Source of the DNA: Candidatus Fermentibacteraceae bacterium
Lineage (GTDB): Bacteria > Fermentibacterota > Fermentibacteria > Fermentibacterales > JCC-6
Assembly (NCBI GenBank): GCA_046485185.1
Contig: JAWOHL010000061.1
Location: forward strand, 1-62,662
Reading direction: 5' to 3'
DNA length: 62,662 bases
Below the pieces are notes generated by a model. The model searched no databases. It was not told the origin of the DNA and worked only from the letters and a program-made list of their open reading frames with translations. This document shows, piece by piece, positions 47,986-58,162 of this stretch (the first letter of the stretch is position 1; every line of letters begins with the position of its first letter). A program made the translations under genes and the position numbers.

Positions 47986-50900
47986 CAAGCAAGGATGCAC
48001 TGAAACAGATGCTAGCCACCTGGCTTTCAGTGCATGGCGAAGACGCCGCTTCACCGCCATCCGTATCCGTTCCCGCACTTCCGGTGGTACAGCCCGAGCT
48101 TCTCTCCACCGGGCCGGCCACCACTGCAGCCCTTTCCGCACTGCCACTTTTCAAGGCGCACGGAGAGCTGACTCTTCTTGCGGCATCATTGCTGGCGGGA
48201 ATGGACACCGAAGCCGCGGGTTCGGTGTTCAGAATTTTCAAGCACATGGCGTCTCCGTCGATCAACGCCCGACTCACCCGGGACTGGTTTGCCGCCCTGC
48301 ACCTTCTGCCACGAAACCTGTGGCGTCTGGGAGTGGACGGCTACGCAAATCTTGCTGCGACATTTCCCGAATCCGGGAAGCCCAGCGGGATTATTGATCT
48401 CGCTCACGCCCTGTCCTGCTGGTTCAGGGTTCTCAGAAGCAGCAGCGACGGCAACCTGGGTGAAGATGCCGCAGCGTTCTGTCTCGAACTTGCCCGTACG
48501 CTGCCGGGACACTTCCCCTACCATTGTGACAGGCTTTCCGCCGGGGGCGAGGAAGTTCACGAAGCACTGAAGAAAGCCATGAGCTTTCCAGGAGTAACGG
48601 AGAACAACAGGGCCGTTCTCATGGATTTCGCCGCCGACCTCGGCTGGCTCTATCCCGGAGAGGAGTTTGCCCCGATATGGGAGATAGTTGCACGCAGGGG
48701 CATGCCCATATACAGAAGGATCGCCGAGGGCATGGCTCCCATCGGATCGTTGCGCTTTTACTGCGGGGCGATGAGAGCCCTGAAAAAGCACAGAGGGATT
48801 GCCGAGTTCCTGTCTGAAGAGAGGGTGCACCGCGCCATGGTCCTGTTCAGAACCGATGACCCCGGCATAGTTACCGCGGTGCTCAACTCGAGTCCGGTCG
48901 CCTGCAGCCATCTCGATTCCCAGATGGAGATAGACCTGGCCGTGGAACTACTTTCCATCAGGCTCTCGGGCAGCGAAAACCCCTTCAAACTGGGAGAGCT
49001 TTTCATAGAAATGGTGGACACCGCCCAGAAGGGTATAACCTACCAGGGGCTCGTCAAATTCCTTTCCGGTATGCAGGGCAGGATCGAAGGCGAGCCCCTG
49101 GTCTTCGTGAACAGCTATCTTTCCGATGCCGGAGAGGGATGCTCTTACACCGCAGTCGACGTCATGAGGCTCTACCGCATTACAGAGCGGGTGCTGTCCG
49201 CGGGCCGAACCCCGGACAGAAAAAGTCTGAGAACGGTCTTCCGTGCCCTCGATGGCGCGCCATCGGGCCGAAAGGGCCTGGTTTTGCTGGAACGGGCGAT
49301 GATTGGCAGCGGAAGCCACCAGCTTCACCTTGCGGCCGTCGCCTCTCTTCTGGTGCGGATGGCTCCCGATGACGACGCGGCTGCGTATCTCCACCGTACC
49401 CGCTCCATCGCGGATGTTTTCGCTCTTCTCACACCGGTGGACAGGGGAAAACTGTCGTCAGGACTCGCTCCGGCATGGATGGAGAAGCTTCTCGACGAGC
49501 AGCCCGAAGCGGGGAAAACCGTGATCCAGTTCCTTGGCAGGGTCGAGGATCCATCGAGAAGGCTAAGGTTCCTCGAAATGGTCGTAACCCCTCTGATGCA
49601 GGAAGTGAGCGCATCCGAGCCTCTTTTCAGGGATTGTCTTTCCTTCGCCGTCACCGGATACAATTCCGCCCCCGAGCAGGACAGGCTCAGGGAGGCTGAA
49701 AACCTGACCCTTCAGAGGGTTTTCAGGGCGGGCGGGCGGGTCGCCGCCCTCGATCTGCTGATGCAGGACTTCCTCACTCTTCCCGGCCTCTCAAGGCAGC
49801 GGTCCGAGGAGCTGCTGTCTGGGATCCGCGCCGTCTGCGACAGGTTCAGCAGGCAGGCCGTGTGGCTGGAAGGGTTCGACGCCATTTTCTCGAGCTTCCT
49901 CGATCAGGGCATCAGAAGGATACTGAACGCCTTCATGGAAGTCCCCGACGCGCTTGAAACAGTGAACAGCCCATTCATCGCACGCCTTGCGGACAAGCTC
50001 ATGCCGGTCAGGGTGTCGGGTGCGGGGGTCTCCACAGGAGCCGGCAGGTCGGCCATGGCCTTCTTCACCGAGGTACTGCCCGAAAGCGTTTTCTTCTACC
50101 ACAGACAGATCGGGAGCCTTGCAGGGTTTCTCGAAAACGCCATCGGTCTTGCCCAGAGAAGCATAGGGGGAATTCCCGCAGGCGATGACTTCCTGTTGCA
50201 CCTCGCTTCCGAAGTACAACAGAGCAGGGCGTTCGAGCTTTCCACCGGTCTCGAGGCCTGGTTGCTGGGAAGCCCGGCCCCCACAACCGAGACCGACCAT
50301 TTCAACCCCGAGGACATCCTCTCGTCATGGTCAGGCATTCACGAAGCCCGGGAGATCCCAAGGAAGCGGATCGGGGGGGTAACCGCGCTGTTAACCTCTT
50401 CAGGCGCCCGCAGGGAAGAGATTATCAGGATCTGCTCAATACTGAGCGCCGGTATGTCGGCATCCTCGATCCCGGGAGGCGAATCGCTTTCCTACCATTG
50501 CGACCGGGAAGCCCTCATGAAGCTGAAAACCCTGCTCGGTGACCGAAGGGACCCACTCGACTTCTTCATGGAGCTGAGAAGGGGCAGGCCATCTGCGGGC
50601 GATGAAAAAGCTGTTTCCGAGTTGTCCGAGGCGGCCCTTCACACCGGGGCTGATCCCGTTCAGGCCTGGACGGCCCGAACTCTTCCTCCGATCCTGAACT
50701 GTGCTCTGATGATTCTGATGGCTGAGCCGACAGACTCCGAGAAGGCCCTCCAGACAGCCCGTGCAATCGTGGAAGTCGTGGAATTCCTCGGGGCCGACGA
50801 CGCATCAGAACTGCTTCTCATGGTTGCGGGCAGCCTCTCATCCGCGGTTTTTCCAGGCCAGTCCACCGATCTTCTGGAGAGGCAGCTGTTCGGGCCCATT

Positions 50901-51536
50901 TGGAAGATGCGTGCCCTGGACAGGATCGAGCTTCTCCTGGCGGGCCGCAACCAGAGAAGAAGGCTTCTCGACCTTCTTCTCGGAAGGCTTCTCCTTGAGT
51001 CGGGGACACCGGAGAGGGCATCCTTCGTCAGGAAGTACGGCACGATGTTCGTCTGCGTGTGGGGTTACATTCTTGAGAACCCCTTCCCGAACGCCGAAAG
51101 CATCCTTGCCGCAGCATTGAGAGACTCATGGGTCTTCTCCGGCGGAGCCGGAGCGCCCCAGTACCCTGCCGCTCTTCAGGAGATAAACGACCTGGTCAGG
51201 GACGAAGTCAGAAAACAGAGGCACGCCCACGGGGTGGTCACCGACGAAGAAGCCCGGGAGATAAGCGCGGACATGCGCCGCAAATACAGGGACAACGCCG
51301 ACTCGGTGGCGATCCTGCTTCGCTGGACCGTCGACCCTTCGAGGGAGGACCTGCTCAGGCTTCTCGAGGAGAACGAAAAGCTTCTGCAGGCAGTGAGTGC
51401 GGACCAGGAGCTTCTTCACCTTTTAGACATGTTCGGCAACAGGAAAGACATAATGGAGAAGGCCGCTGCCCTCGCGGGGGACCCCATGAAGCTCAAGAAG
51501 AGCCTGTCCGCCGTGTCCCGGAGGAAGGATGGCTGA
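47982..51536 (+). CDS. Large hypothetical protein (1184 aa, apparently alpha-helical)
   Basis: Long open frame with genome-typical composition; ATGA overlap with gyrA and 8-nt overlap with the asparaginase gene; no recognisable motif. Confidence 0.8.
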
Positions 51537-52503
51537 AAGGATTCTGGTCCTTTCCACGGGCGGCACAATAGAGATGGCACCCGGACAGAGGGGGCTTGTC
51601 ATAGGGCCCGGCATGGAGTTCGACAGGAACTCGGCGGGGATTCCAGAACACATCCAGTTGTTCAACGAGAGGAAGTTCAGCCTTCCGAGCCCTCACATGA
51701 CACCGGTTCAGATGCTTGAACTGACCACCAGGCTCCAGCAGATCGAGTCGTCCCGGGAGTACCGGGGAGTTGTGGTGACCCATGGCACCGATACCCTTGA
51801 AGAAAGCGCCTTCCTTGCCGACCTTCACCTCCGGGGAACAACGCCGGTGGTTTTCACCGCTGCCATGCGAAGCCCGGGTGAGCTCGGGGTGGATGGCCCG
51901 CGAAATCTCAGGGCGGCCATCCTCACTGCAAGTTCCGAAATTCATGATTTCGGAGTGACAGTTGTTCTCGGCGACGAGATCCACTCAGCCGGTCGGGTCA
52001 CAAAAACATGCACATCGAACACAAGCAGCTTTTCCTCTCCGGGTTACGGCCCTCTGGGCTTCGTGGACGAAGACGGTGTGATCCTTCACAGAAAGCCTCT
52101 CTGGAGGCTTTCCATGCCCCCGGGTCCTGTAGCGCTCGACAGCAGGGTGGGTCTTGTGAGGTGTGCGGCGGGCTTTGGCGGGGAACTGGTGGACTACCTG
52201 TCCGGCCAGGGATACAAAGGCATTGTGATCGAGGCGTTCGGCCGCGGCAACGTGCCGCCTGAAACCGCTTCCGCGGTGAAAAGGGCCATCGGGGCCGGCA
52301 TTGTGGTTGCGATCACAAGCCGGTGCTACGAAGGCAGGGTTCTGGGAGTGTACGCTTACGAAGGCGGTTGTGTGGATCTGATCGAAGCGGGGGCCATTAC
52401 CGCGGGAGACATGCAGGGGCACAAGATCCGCCTGCTTCTGATGGCGGCACTGGGCCGGGGGATGAATACCGAAGGCATTCGTGAACTGCTGGGGCGTCTT
52501 TGA
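51529..52503 (+). CDS. L-asparaginase
   Basis: STGGTIE, THGTDTLEE, TAAMR, DGPRNL, FGRGN, SRC..G. Confidence 0.93.
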   Translation: MAERILVLSTGGTIEMAPGQRGLVIGPGMEFDRNSAGIPEHIQLFNERKFSLPSPHMTPVQMLELTTRLQQIESSREYRGVVVTHGTDTLEESAFLADLHLRGTTPVVFTAAMRSPGELGVDGPRNLRAAILTASSEIHDFGVTVVLGDEIHSAGRVTKTCTSNTSSFSSPGYGPLGFVDEDGVILHRKPLWRLSMPPGPVALDSRVGLVRCAAGFGGELVDYLSGQGYKGIVIEAFGRGNVPPETASAVKRAIGAGIVVAITSRCYEGRVLGVYAYEGGCVDLIEAGAITAGDMQGHKIRLLLMAALGRGMNTEGIRELLGRL

Positions 52504-52569
52504 GGCATTGGCCCCTGACGGTCCACCGGATTAGGTTAGCGACTGCGGGAGACTCACCACGGAGGGTGT

Positions 52570-52920
52570 ATGGCACGGAGGCACGAAGGGTTCACCATTG
52601 CGGTGATCCCCCATTCAGCCCACGGTAAAAGGCGGGAACTTCGTGTATCCGGAGCGGGAGCGCCTCTGTTCCGAACCGCTGTTGCTCTTGTGGTTATTGC
52701 TATCGCGGCCTCTGTTTACATTTCCGTGTCGGGGGTCGTGGGGCAGTCCAGGCTACTGGTGCTGAACCGGCGGATCGAGAGCCTGCAGGACAGCCTTGCC
52801 AGGGCCGCTGACATAAGTGCCCGCCTGGAATCGATCGAAGCGCAACTCGAAGAGATAAGAGCCACCAGAAGGGTGATAGAAAACCTTGCCACGCAGGGCG
52901 CCCCTCCGGCGGATCAGTGA
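52570..52920 (+). CDS. Single-TM coiled-coil protein resembling the N-terminus of M23 peptidases
   Basis: FTIAVIPH...R, one TM, heptad-rich C-terminus; GGAGG RBS; directly precedes bactofilin. Confidence 0.6.
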   Translation: MARRHEGFTIAVIPHSAHGKRRELRVSGAGAPLFRTAVALVVIAIAASVYISVSGVVGQSRLLVLNRRIESLQDSLARAADISARLESIEAQLEEIRATRRVIENLATQGAPPADQ

Positions 52921-52932
52921 CGGGAGAAGGAA

Positions 52933-53292
52933 GTGGGAAGAGAAGACACCGGTAACGCGATCAACTCAATCATCGGCGCAGGCAGCTCAGTAAACGGCGT
53001 ATTGAACGTTCAGGGCGGATTGAGGGTTGACGGGTTCGTGGATGGCGAGGTCAGTGTTTCCGCAACTCTCACCGTGGGCCACGAGGGCCGCATCAAGGGC
53101 GAGATCACGGTTGCCCAGGCGGTCATCGGCGGAACGATAAACGGCACGATCAGGGCTGAGAACCAGCTCGAGCTTCAGAACGGCTCCCGGGTCGAGGGCG
53201 ACATTTTCACGAGAAGCCTGGTTATCGAAGAGGGAGTCTTCTTTCAGGGGCACTGCAGCATGAGCGGTAAAGAGGGTTCGCAGAAGGGCTGA
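52933..53292 (+). CDS. Bactofilin (polymer-forming cytoskeletal protein)
   Basis: SIIGAG..V.G, LRVDG.V.G, IGG.ING, V.GDI, LVIEEG.FFQG. Confidence 0.93.
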   Translation: MGREDTGNAINSIIGAGSSVNGVLNVQGGLRVDGFVDGEVSVSATLTVGHEGRIKGEITVAQAVIGGTINGTIRAENQLELQNGSRVEGDIFTRSLVIEEGVFFQGHCSMSGKEGSQKG

Positions 53293-53441
53293 CCCGGGGG
53301 GAATGTGGAAAACCGACCCTCTGCGTTGATAACTCCATATATATTTATAGCACAATTAGTTACGTGTGTTTTCTCAAGCTGTTTGGCATATGATATCCAC
53401 AACTGCACTGTTGTCAGTGTCCAGCGAAAGGGTGGAATCAC

Positions 53442-53756
53442 TTGAGCGAAAGCCTTGAATCGCTCCTCGAGGCGGAAGCCCGGGCTGCGGAAATTCTTGA
53501 AAGGGCCGGCCGGGAGGCGCTGGCCGAGAGAAACTCGATCCCAGCGGCTCTGAAGGAGCTCGAGGACAGGTACGAAAGCGCCCTCGCTGCAGCTGAGGAG
53601 AGGGAGAAGGCAAGCATTGCCACAGAGACGCTCGCTTACCGCGAAGAGCTTGGCTTGAAAAGGAAGGGCATCGAGGAACGGTTGCGTGAGAGGTCCCGGG
53701 AGCTCCGGGGAAAGGCCTTTGAACTCCTTCAGGGCAGAATACTGCGGGGCGACTGA
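53442..53756 (+). CDS. V/A-type ATP synthase peripheral stalk subunit H/G
   Basis: Charged helical EAEARAAEILERA; first gene of the V-ATPase operon. Confidence 0.7.
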   Translation: MSESLESLLEAEARAAEILERAGREALAERNSIPAALKELEDRYESALAAAEEREKASIATETLAYREELGLKRKGIEERLRERSRELRGKAFELLQGRILRGD

Positions 53757-53758
53757 AA

Positions 53759-55762
53759 ATGGCCAGGGAAACCGTCGTTAAAGTCGAGATCCTCTGTCAC
53801 CATGCGCATCGCTCCGATGTACTGGCGATCCTTGAGCGTTCGGGCATGGTTCATCTCGCGGGAATCGATTCAACCGGGATTCCGGGGTTTGACCGGGTCA
53901 TCCCCGACAGTGTTGAAGAGCTTCGGGAACTCAGGCTGAAACTAGATCGCGCCATTCAGTTCCTTTCAGAGTTCCTGGAAGGGAAAAGCCCGACCGAGCT
54001 TACTGTAACCCGGGACGCGCTTGAAAGGGTTCTGGGTGACCAATCGCTCCGCAAGGCAACGGAACAGGCATCTTCCCTCTCTGTAGAAATCACCGAGACC
54101 GTACAAACGATCCGTGACCTCGAGGCAAGGCGCCGTTTTCTTGATCAGTGGTCATTCCTGCCCTGGCGATTCGACCTTGTTGGACGACAGGGGGCGTTCA
54201 CGGTTTTCGCTGGCTCCATCCCGGACGCTCCCGCCGCCGCCGCCGTTCTTTCGAGCGAGTTCGAAGCCTCAGGCGTTTTCCCCCATGGCGGCGACAAAAT
54301 TGTCTGCGTTGCTCACGCCGACCAGGCAGTGGGCATTGGAGAAAGGCTTTCCTCTCTCGGTTTTGTTCCCGGGGATTTCGCGGGATTAGCTGCGGAGCCC
54401 GCGGAAGAAGTGCTGAACCTTGACAGCGCTCTCGATGAGTGCAGGGTCAGGCTCGCCCGGTTGGAAGACGAGTCCCGGTTACTCGCCGGTAGCCTTCCCG
54501 AGTTCAGGATGCTATACGACGCCGTTGGTCTTGCGGCAACCAGACACGAGATGGCGTCGGGCGGGCTTTCTTCGGCCAGTGTGCTCGTCATGCGTGCCTG
54601 GATGCGAAAAGACGATGTTCAGAGGCTTCGGGGGGAACTCGAGAACCTTGCGGCGGCCGGCATTGATGAGATCCAGCCCGAGCCGGACGAGACCCCTCCC
54701 GTATTCCTGTCCGAGAGTGCCACGGTAGATCCCTACCTGCTCCTCACCGATATGTTCGGGCGCCCCGCCGGGGCCGATCCCGACCCCACTCCCCTTTTCG
54801 CGCCGTTCTACGCCCTTTTCTTCGGGATCTGTATCGGCGATGCCGGTTACGGTGCGGCTCTGCTTCTGGGAAGCGCCTTCGGCATCTGGCTCACGAAGCG
54901 CAGGGGCGGCAACTCCAGGCTTTTCAAACTGATCTTCCATGGTGGTATCGCGAGCATAATCGCCGGTGTTCTTCTTGGAGGGTGGTTCGGTATCGAGTTC
55001 AACTCCCTTCCCGGATTCCTTCAGGCTCCCGCCATGCTCCTCAACGGCCTGGTTCCCGGGTACGTCCCGGGAAAGCCCGGGTTCTCGGTATCCAACCAGT
55101 TCCTTTACCTGACCCTGGCCCTCGGGCTGGTCCAGCTGGCCTGGGGAGTGATCGTCAATCTTCCCAAACGTCTGCGACAGGGAGAAGGCTTTGCTGCGGT
55201 GCTTGAGCAGGGTGGCTGGATGCTGGCCATCATCGGCCTGTTCCCCTGGCTGTTCAACCGCTACCTCTTGAACGGGGCGCTTTACGACATAAGCGGTCCG
55301 GCGGACAAAGCCTTCCTCATCCTTCTGGCCGCGGGAGCGATTCTCATATTCATCATGGGGGGCAGGTCGGCCGCGAGCATCGGCGGTAAAGTCGGGCTGG
55401 GCGCTTACGCCGCCTACGGCATCGTGAACCTTCTTGGTGACGTTCTCAGCTACTCCCGGCTCTTCGCCCTGGCTCTCTCCAGCGCTATCATCGCCCAGGT
55501 CATCAATGAAATAGCCGGAATGCTGGCGGGTAGCATAGCCGGAGTGGGGATCGTCCTTGCGATCCTGGTCCTTGTGGCCGGCCATGTGTTCAACCTGGCC
55601 ATGGCCGTTCTCTCCGGATTCATCCACACCGCCAGGCTTCAGTTCGTCGAGTTTTTCGGAAAGTTCTACGACGGAACGGGAGTTCCATTTGCTCCGCTGC
55701 GCTATCAGCCGCGGTTCGTTCGCATTGGTGATGTAAGTCAACTGAAATTGAAACCTGAATGA
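53759..55762 (+). CDS. atpI: V/A-type ATP synthase subunit I
   Basis: DPTPLFAPFYALFFG..IGDAGYG, DVLSYSRLFAL, HTARLQFVEFFGKFY.G.G. Confidence 0.95.
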   Translation: MARETVVKVEILCHHAHRSDVLAILERSGMVHLAGIDSTGIPGFDRVIPDSVEELRELRLKLDRAIQFLSEFLEGKSPTELTVTRDALERVLGDQSLRKATEQASSLSVEITETVQTIRDLEARRRFLDQWSFLPWRFDLVGRQGAFTVFAGSIPDAPAAAAVLSSEFEASGVFPHGGDKIVCVAHADQAVGIGERLSSLGFVPGDFAGLAAEPAEEVLNLDSALDECRVRLARLEDESRLLAGSLPEFRMLYDAVGLAATRHEMASGGLSSASVLVMRAWMRKDDVQRLRGELENLAAAGIDEIQPEPDETPPVFLSESATVDPYLLLTDMFGRPAGADPDPTPLFAPFYALFFGICIGDAGYGAALLLGSAFGIWLTKRRGGNSRLFKLIFHGGIASIIAGVLLGGWFGIEFNSLPGFLQAPAMLLNGLVPGYVPGKPGFSVSNQFLYLTLALGLVQLAWGVIVNLPKRLRQGEGFAAVLEQGGWMLAIIGLFPWLFNRYLLNGALYDISGPADKAFLILLAAGAILIFIMGGRSAASIGGKVGLGAYAAYGIVNLLGDVLSYSRLFALALSSAIIAQVINEIAGMLAGSIAGVGIVLAILVLVAGHVFNLAMAVLSGFIHTARLQFVEFFGKFYDGTGVPFAPLRYQPRFVRIGDVSQLKLKPE

Positions 55763-55796
55763 AAGTGACCACCAGTCCACAGGGAGGACAACAAAA

Positions 55797-56252
55797 GTGA
55801 CAGTCAATCTCATAGCCTACATGGGCGCTGCCCTTGCCTGCGCCCTGGCCGGAATCGGCAGTTCGGTGGGAGTGGGCATCGCAGCCCAGGCGAGTACTGG
55901 AGTCATGAGCGTTGACCCCAAGAAGTTCGGGAAGCTGCTCCTGCTGTCGGCACTTCCTGGTACCCAGGGTATCTACGGATTCGTAATCGCCTTCCTGCTT
56001 CTGCAGAAGATCGCGGGGATCAGCGTGCTTGAACCCGCGGACGCGTGGAAGATATTCGCCGCCGGGCTTCCCGTTGGTCTTGCCGGGCTTCTTTCGGGAA
56101 TCCATCAGGGCAAGGTCTGCGCTTCGGGCGCCATGATGACCGCGAAGCAGCCCGATGACTCCGGAAAAGCCCTTATCCTCGCCGTGTTCGTCGAGTTCTA
56201 CGCCATTCTCGGCTTCCTCGTCAGCTTCCTCATGCTCGGACAGATCGGTTGA
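55797..56252 (+). CDS. atpK: V/A-type ATP synthase subunit K (4-TM, Na+-type)
   Basis: ALPGTQGIYG, GIHQGK, VEFYAILG. Confidence 0.95.
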   Translation: MTVNLIAYMGAALACALAGIGSSVGVGIAAQASTGVMSVDPKKFGKLLLLSALPGTQGIYGFVIAFLLLQKIAGISVLEPADAWKIFAAGLPVGLAGLLSGIHQGKVCASGAMMTAKQPDDSGKALILAVFVEFYAILGFLVSFLMLGQIG

Positions 56253-56848
56253 CGGGAATGTCCCTCGAGGCCATAAGACAGAAGATCATGGAGGACGCGG
56301 AAACCGAGGCAGAGAGGCTTCTTTCCCAGGCTCGTCATGAGAAGAAGGCCGCTCTTGAGGATACCCGCGCCAGACTCACCGTCAGGGCTGAAAAGGACAG
56401 GGCCAGGCTTCAGGAGAACCTTCGGGAAAGAAAAGCCAGAATGCGGGAAAATGCTCTTCGAAGCGAGGAAAGAAGCCTTCTCAACACCCGGCGGACTCTC
56501 ATGGATGATGCATTGAACCGGGCAGTGGATGGCCTGGTTGCAGGCCGGGAATACACTGACCTGATAGCTTCGTTTCTTAAAAGATGCGATCTGACGGGGG
56601 AAGTGGAGGTCATCATTTCCGGGAATGACAGTGAAAGGATCACCCAGTCATTCCTCGACAGCCATTCTTCTTCTGATCTGAGGTTCCGCCTGTCCAAAGA
56701 GCGGCATGCGTCCAGGGGCGGCGTCATCCTCAGGTCGGGCAAGGTGAGCCAGAACGCCACGCTGGACATGGTGGCCTCGCTGATCCATGAAGAACTTGTC
56801 ATGGAGCTTTCCCCGCTGCTGCCCCTCGAAAAGCTGGAGAACCTGTGA
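56249..56848 (+). CDS. atpE: V/A-type ATP synthase subunit E (alt. start 56258)
   Basis: MSLEAIRQKI..DAE.EA, GGVIL, position in operon. Confidence 0.88.
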   Translation: MTGMSLEAIRQKIMEDAETEAERLLSQARHEKKAALEDTRARLTVRAEKDRARLQENLRERKARMRENALRSEERSLLNTRRTLMDDALNRAVDGLVAGREYTDLIASFLKRCDLTGEVEVIISGNDSERITQSFLDSHSSSDLRFRLSKERHASRGGVILRSGKVSQNATLDMVASLIHEELVMELSPLLPLEKLENL

Positions 56849-57810
56849 GTTCCTCCTGGGAGTACGCAGCCGGCAGGATAAGCGCCCTCGAATCCACACT
56901 GCTTTCCGAGAGAACATGGACTCAGATCGAGGGAACCCAGGGGCCCGACGAACTGCTGAAGGTTCTGGGTGACACCTGGTACGGGCGCCTCATGCACGGC
57001 GACTCCGTCGAGCAGGCCCTGAACAGGGCGGTTTCCATGGCCGAGGCCGAACTTATGGAGCTTGACCCCGGCATTGGTCTTGCCCGGGCGATCCTTCTCC
57101 GCCGAGACGTGAGGAACGCCAGATACGCATGGAAGAACATGGCTTCGGGCGGAGAGGGCGATGTCCCGTTCGAGGCGGAGGGAACACTGCCCGTCGCCCT
57201 TCTGGTAAGGGCGTGGACCGACCCGACCCAGGCCGGAGAGCTGCCCGTCATGTTCAGAACGGCGCTCGAGGCCGCGCAGTCCTCCCAATCAGCCGACAGC
57301 ATAAGGATCGACATGATACTCGACCAGCTCGCGGCCAGGGTCGAGAGGATTCATCTTGCTCCCCTCGACCCGGGACTGGACGCCTTTTTTCAGACCCGCA
57401 CAGAACTCAGAAACTTCCTCACTGCCGGCAGGCTTGCAACCGGCAGCGTATCCGCCGGGCAGCTCGAAGGTTTTCTTCTCCCCGGAGGGTTTCACTCCAT
57501 CGACGAGATCACCGACGCCACAAGGAGAAACCGTCTTCCCGAGGCGCTTGGGGAAACGACGGGACTCGAGGCCCCCGCGGCGACACTGAAGGAAGCCCTC
57601 GACGGAGGCTCATTCCTGCCCTTTCAAAGGGAAAGCGACAGGATCTGCCTTAACCTCCTCGCTGAGCTTGCCGCCAAGCCCTTCGGACCCGGTCTGCTCT
57701 TCTCCTATGTGCTGCGCAGGGAGTTCGAGGCCTTGCACCTGAACCTTGTCACCGCCGCCCGTAAGGCGGACATGAATACCGCGAAGCTGCTGACGCGGCT
57801 TCCCAGGTGA
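56845..57810 (+). CDS. atpC: V/A-type ATP synthase subunit C
   Basis: YAAGRISALE..LL, T.YG, PFGP..LFSY...RE.E..NL. Confidence 0.85.
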   Translation: MSSSWEYAAGRISALESTLLSERTWTQIEGTQGPDELLKVLGDTWYGRLMHGDSVEQALNRAVSMAEAELMELDPGIGLARAILLRRDVRNARYAWKNMASGGEGDVPFEAEGTLPVALLVRAWTDPTQAGELPVMFRTALEAAQSSQSADSIRIDMILDQLAARVERIHLAPLDPGLDAFFQTRTELRNFLTAGRLATGSVSAGQLEGFLLPGGFHSIDEITDATRRNRLPEALGETTGLEAPAATLKEALDGGSFLPFQRESDRICLNLLAELAAKPFGPGLLFSYVLRREFEALHLNLVTAARKADMNTAKLLTRLPR

Positions 57811-57821
57811 ATGGAGAATAG

Positions 57822-58148
57822 ATGACCGAAGGGCGAACCGCGTTCATGGGCGACGCCGACTCGGTGCTGGGCTTCAGGGCACTGGGAGTGGAGACATACT
57901 CCCCCGGTGACAGGGAGAGTATTCGCAGGACGTTTTCCCGACTTGTGAGGGAAAAGGTCGCGGTGATAATGATCACCGAGGACATGCTCGAAAAAGTTGA
58001 GGACATGGTGGCCGATACCCTTGGCCTGCCGGTGCCCGCGGTCGTGGTGTTGCCCGGGGTTTCCGGCAGCCGCCACCGGGGAGAGGATGCCATAAGAACA
58101 CTGATCATCAAAGCCGTTGGAGTTGATCTGATGAGCGAGGATGAATAG
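57822..58148 (+). CDS. atpF: V/A-type ATP synthase subunit F
   Basis: [22 protein letters not shown]. Confidence 0.93.
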   Translation: MTEGRTAFMGDADSVLGFRALGVETYSPGDRESIRRTFSRLVREKVAVIMITEDMLEKVEDMVADTLGLPVPAVVVLPGVSGSRHRGEDAIRTLIIKAVGVDLMSEDE

Positions 58149-58162
58149 CCGGAGGAAGCCGA

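Noticed and set aside
53393-53401. DnaA-box-like ATATCCACA upstream of the V-ATPase operon
   Set aside because: A single 8/9 match in an AT-rich promoter region is expected by chance
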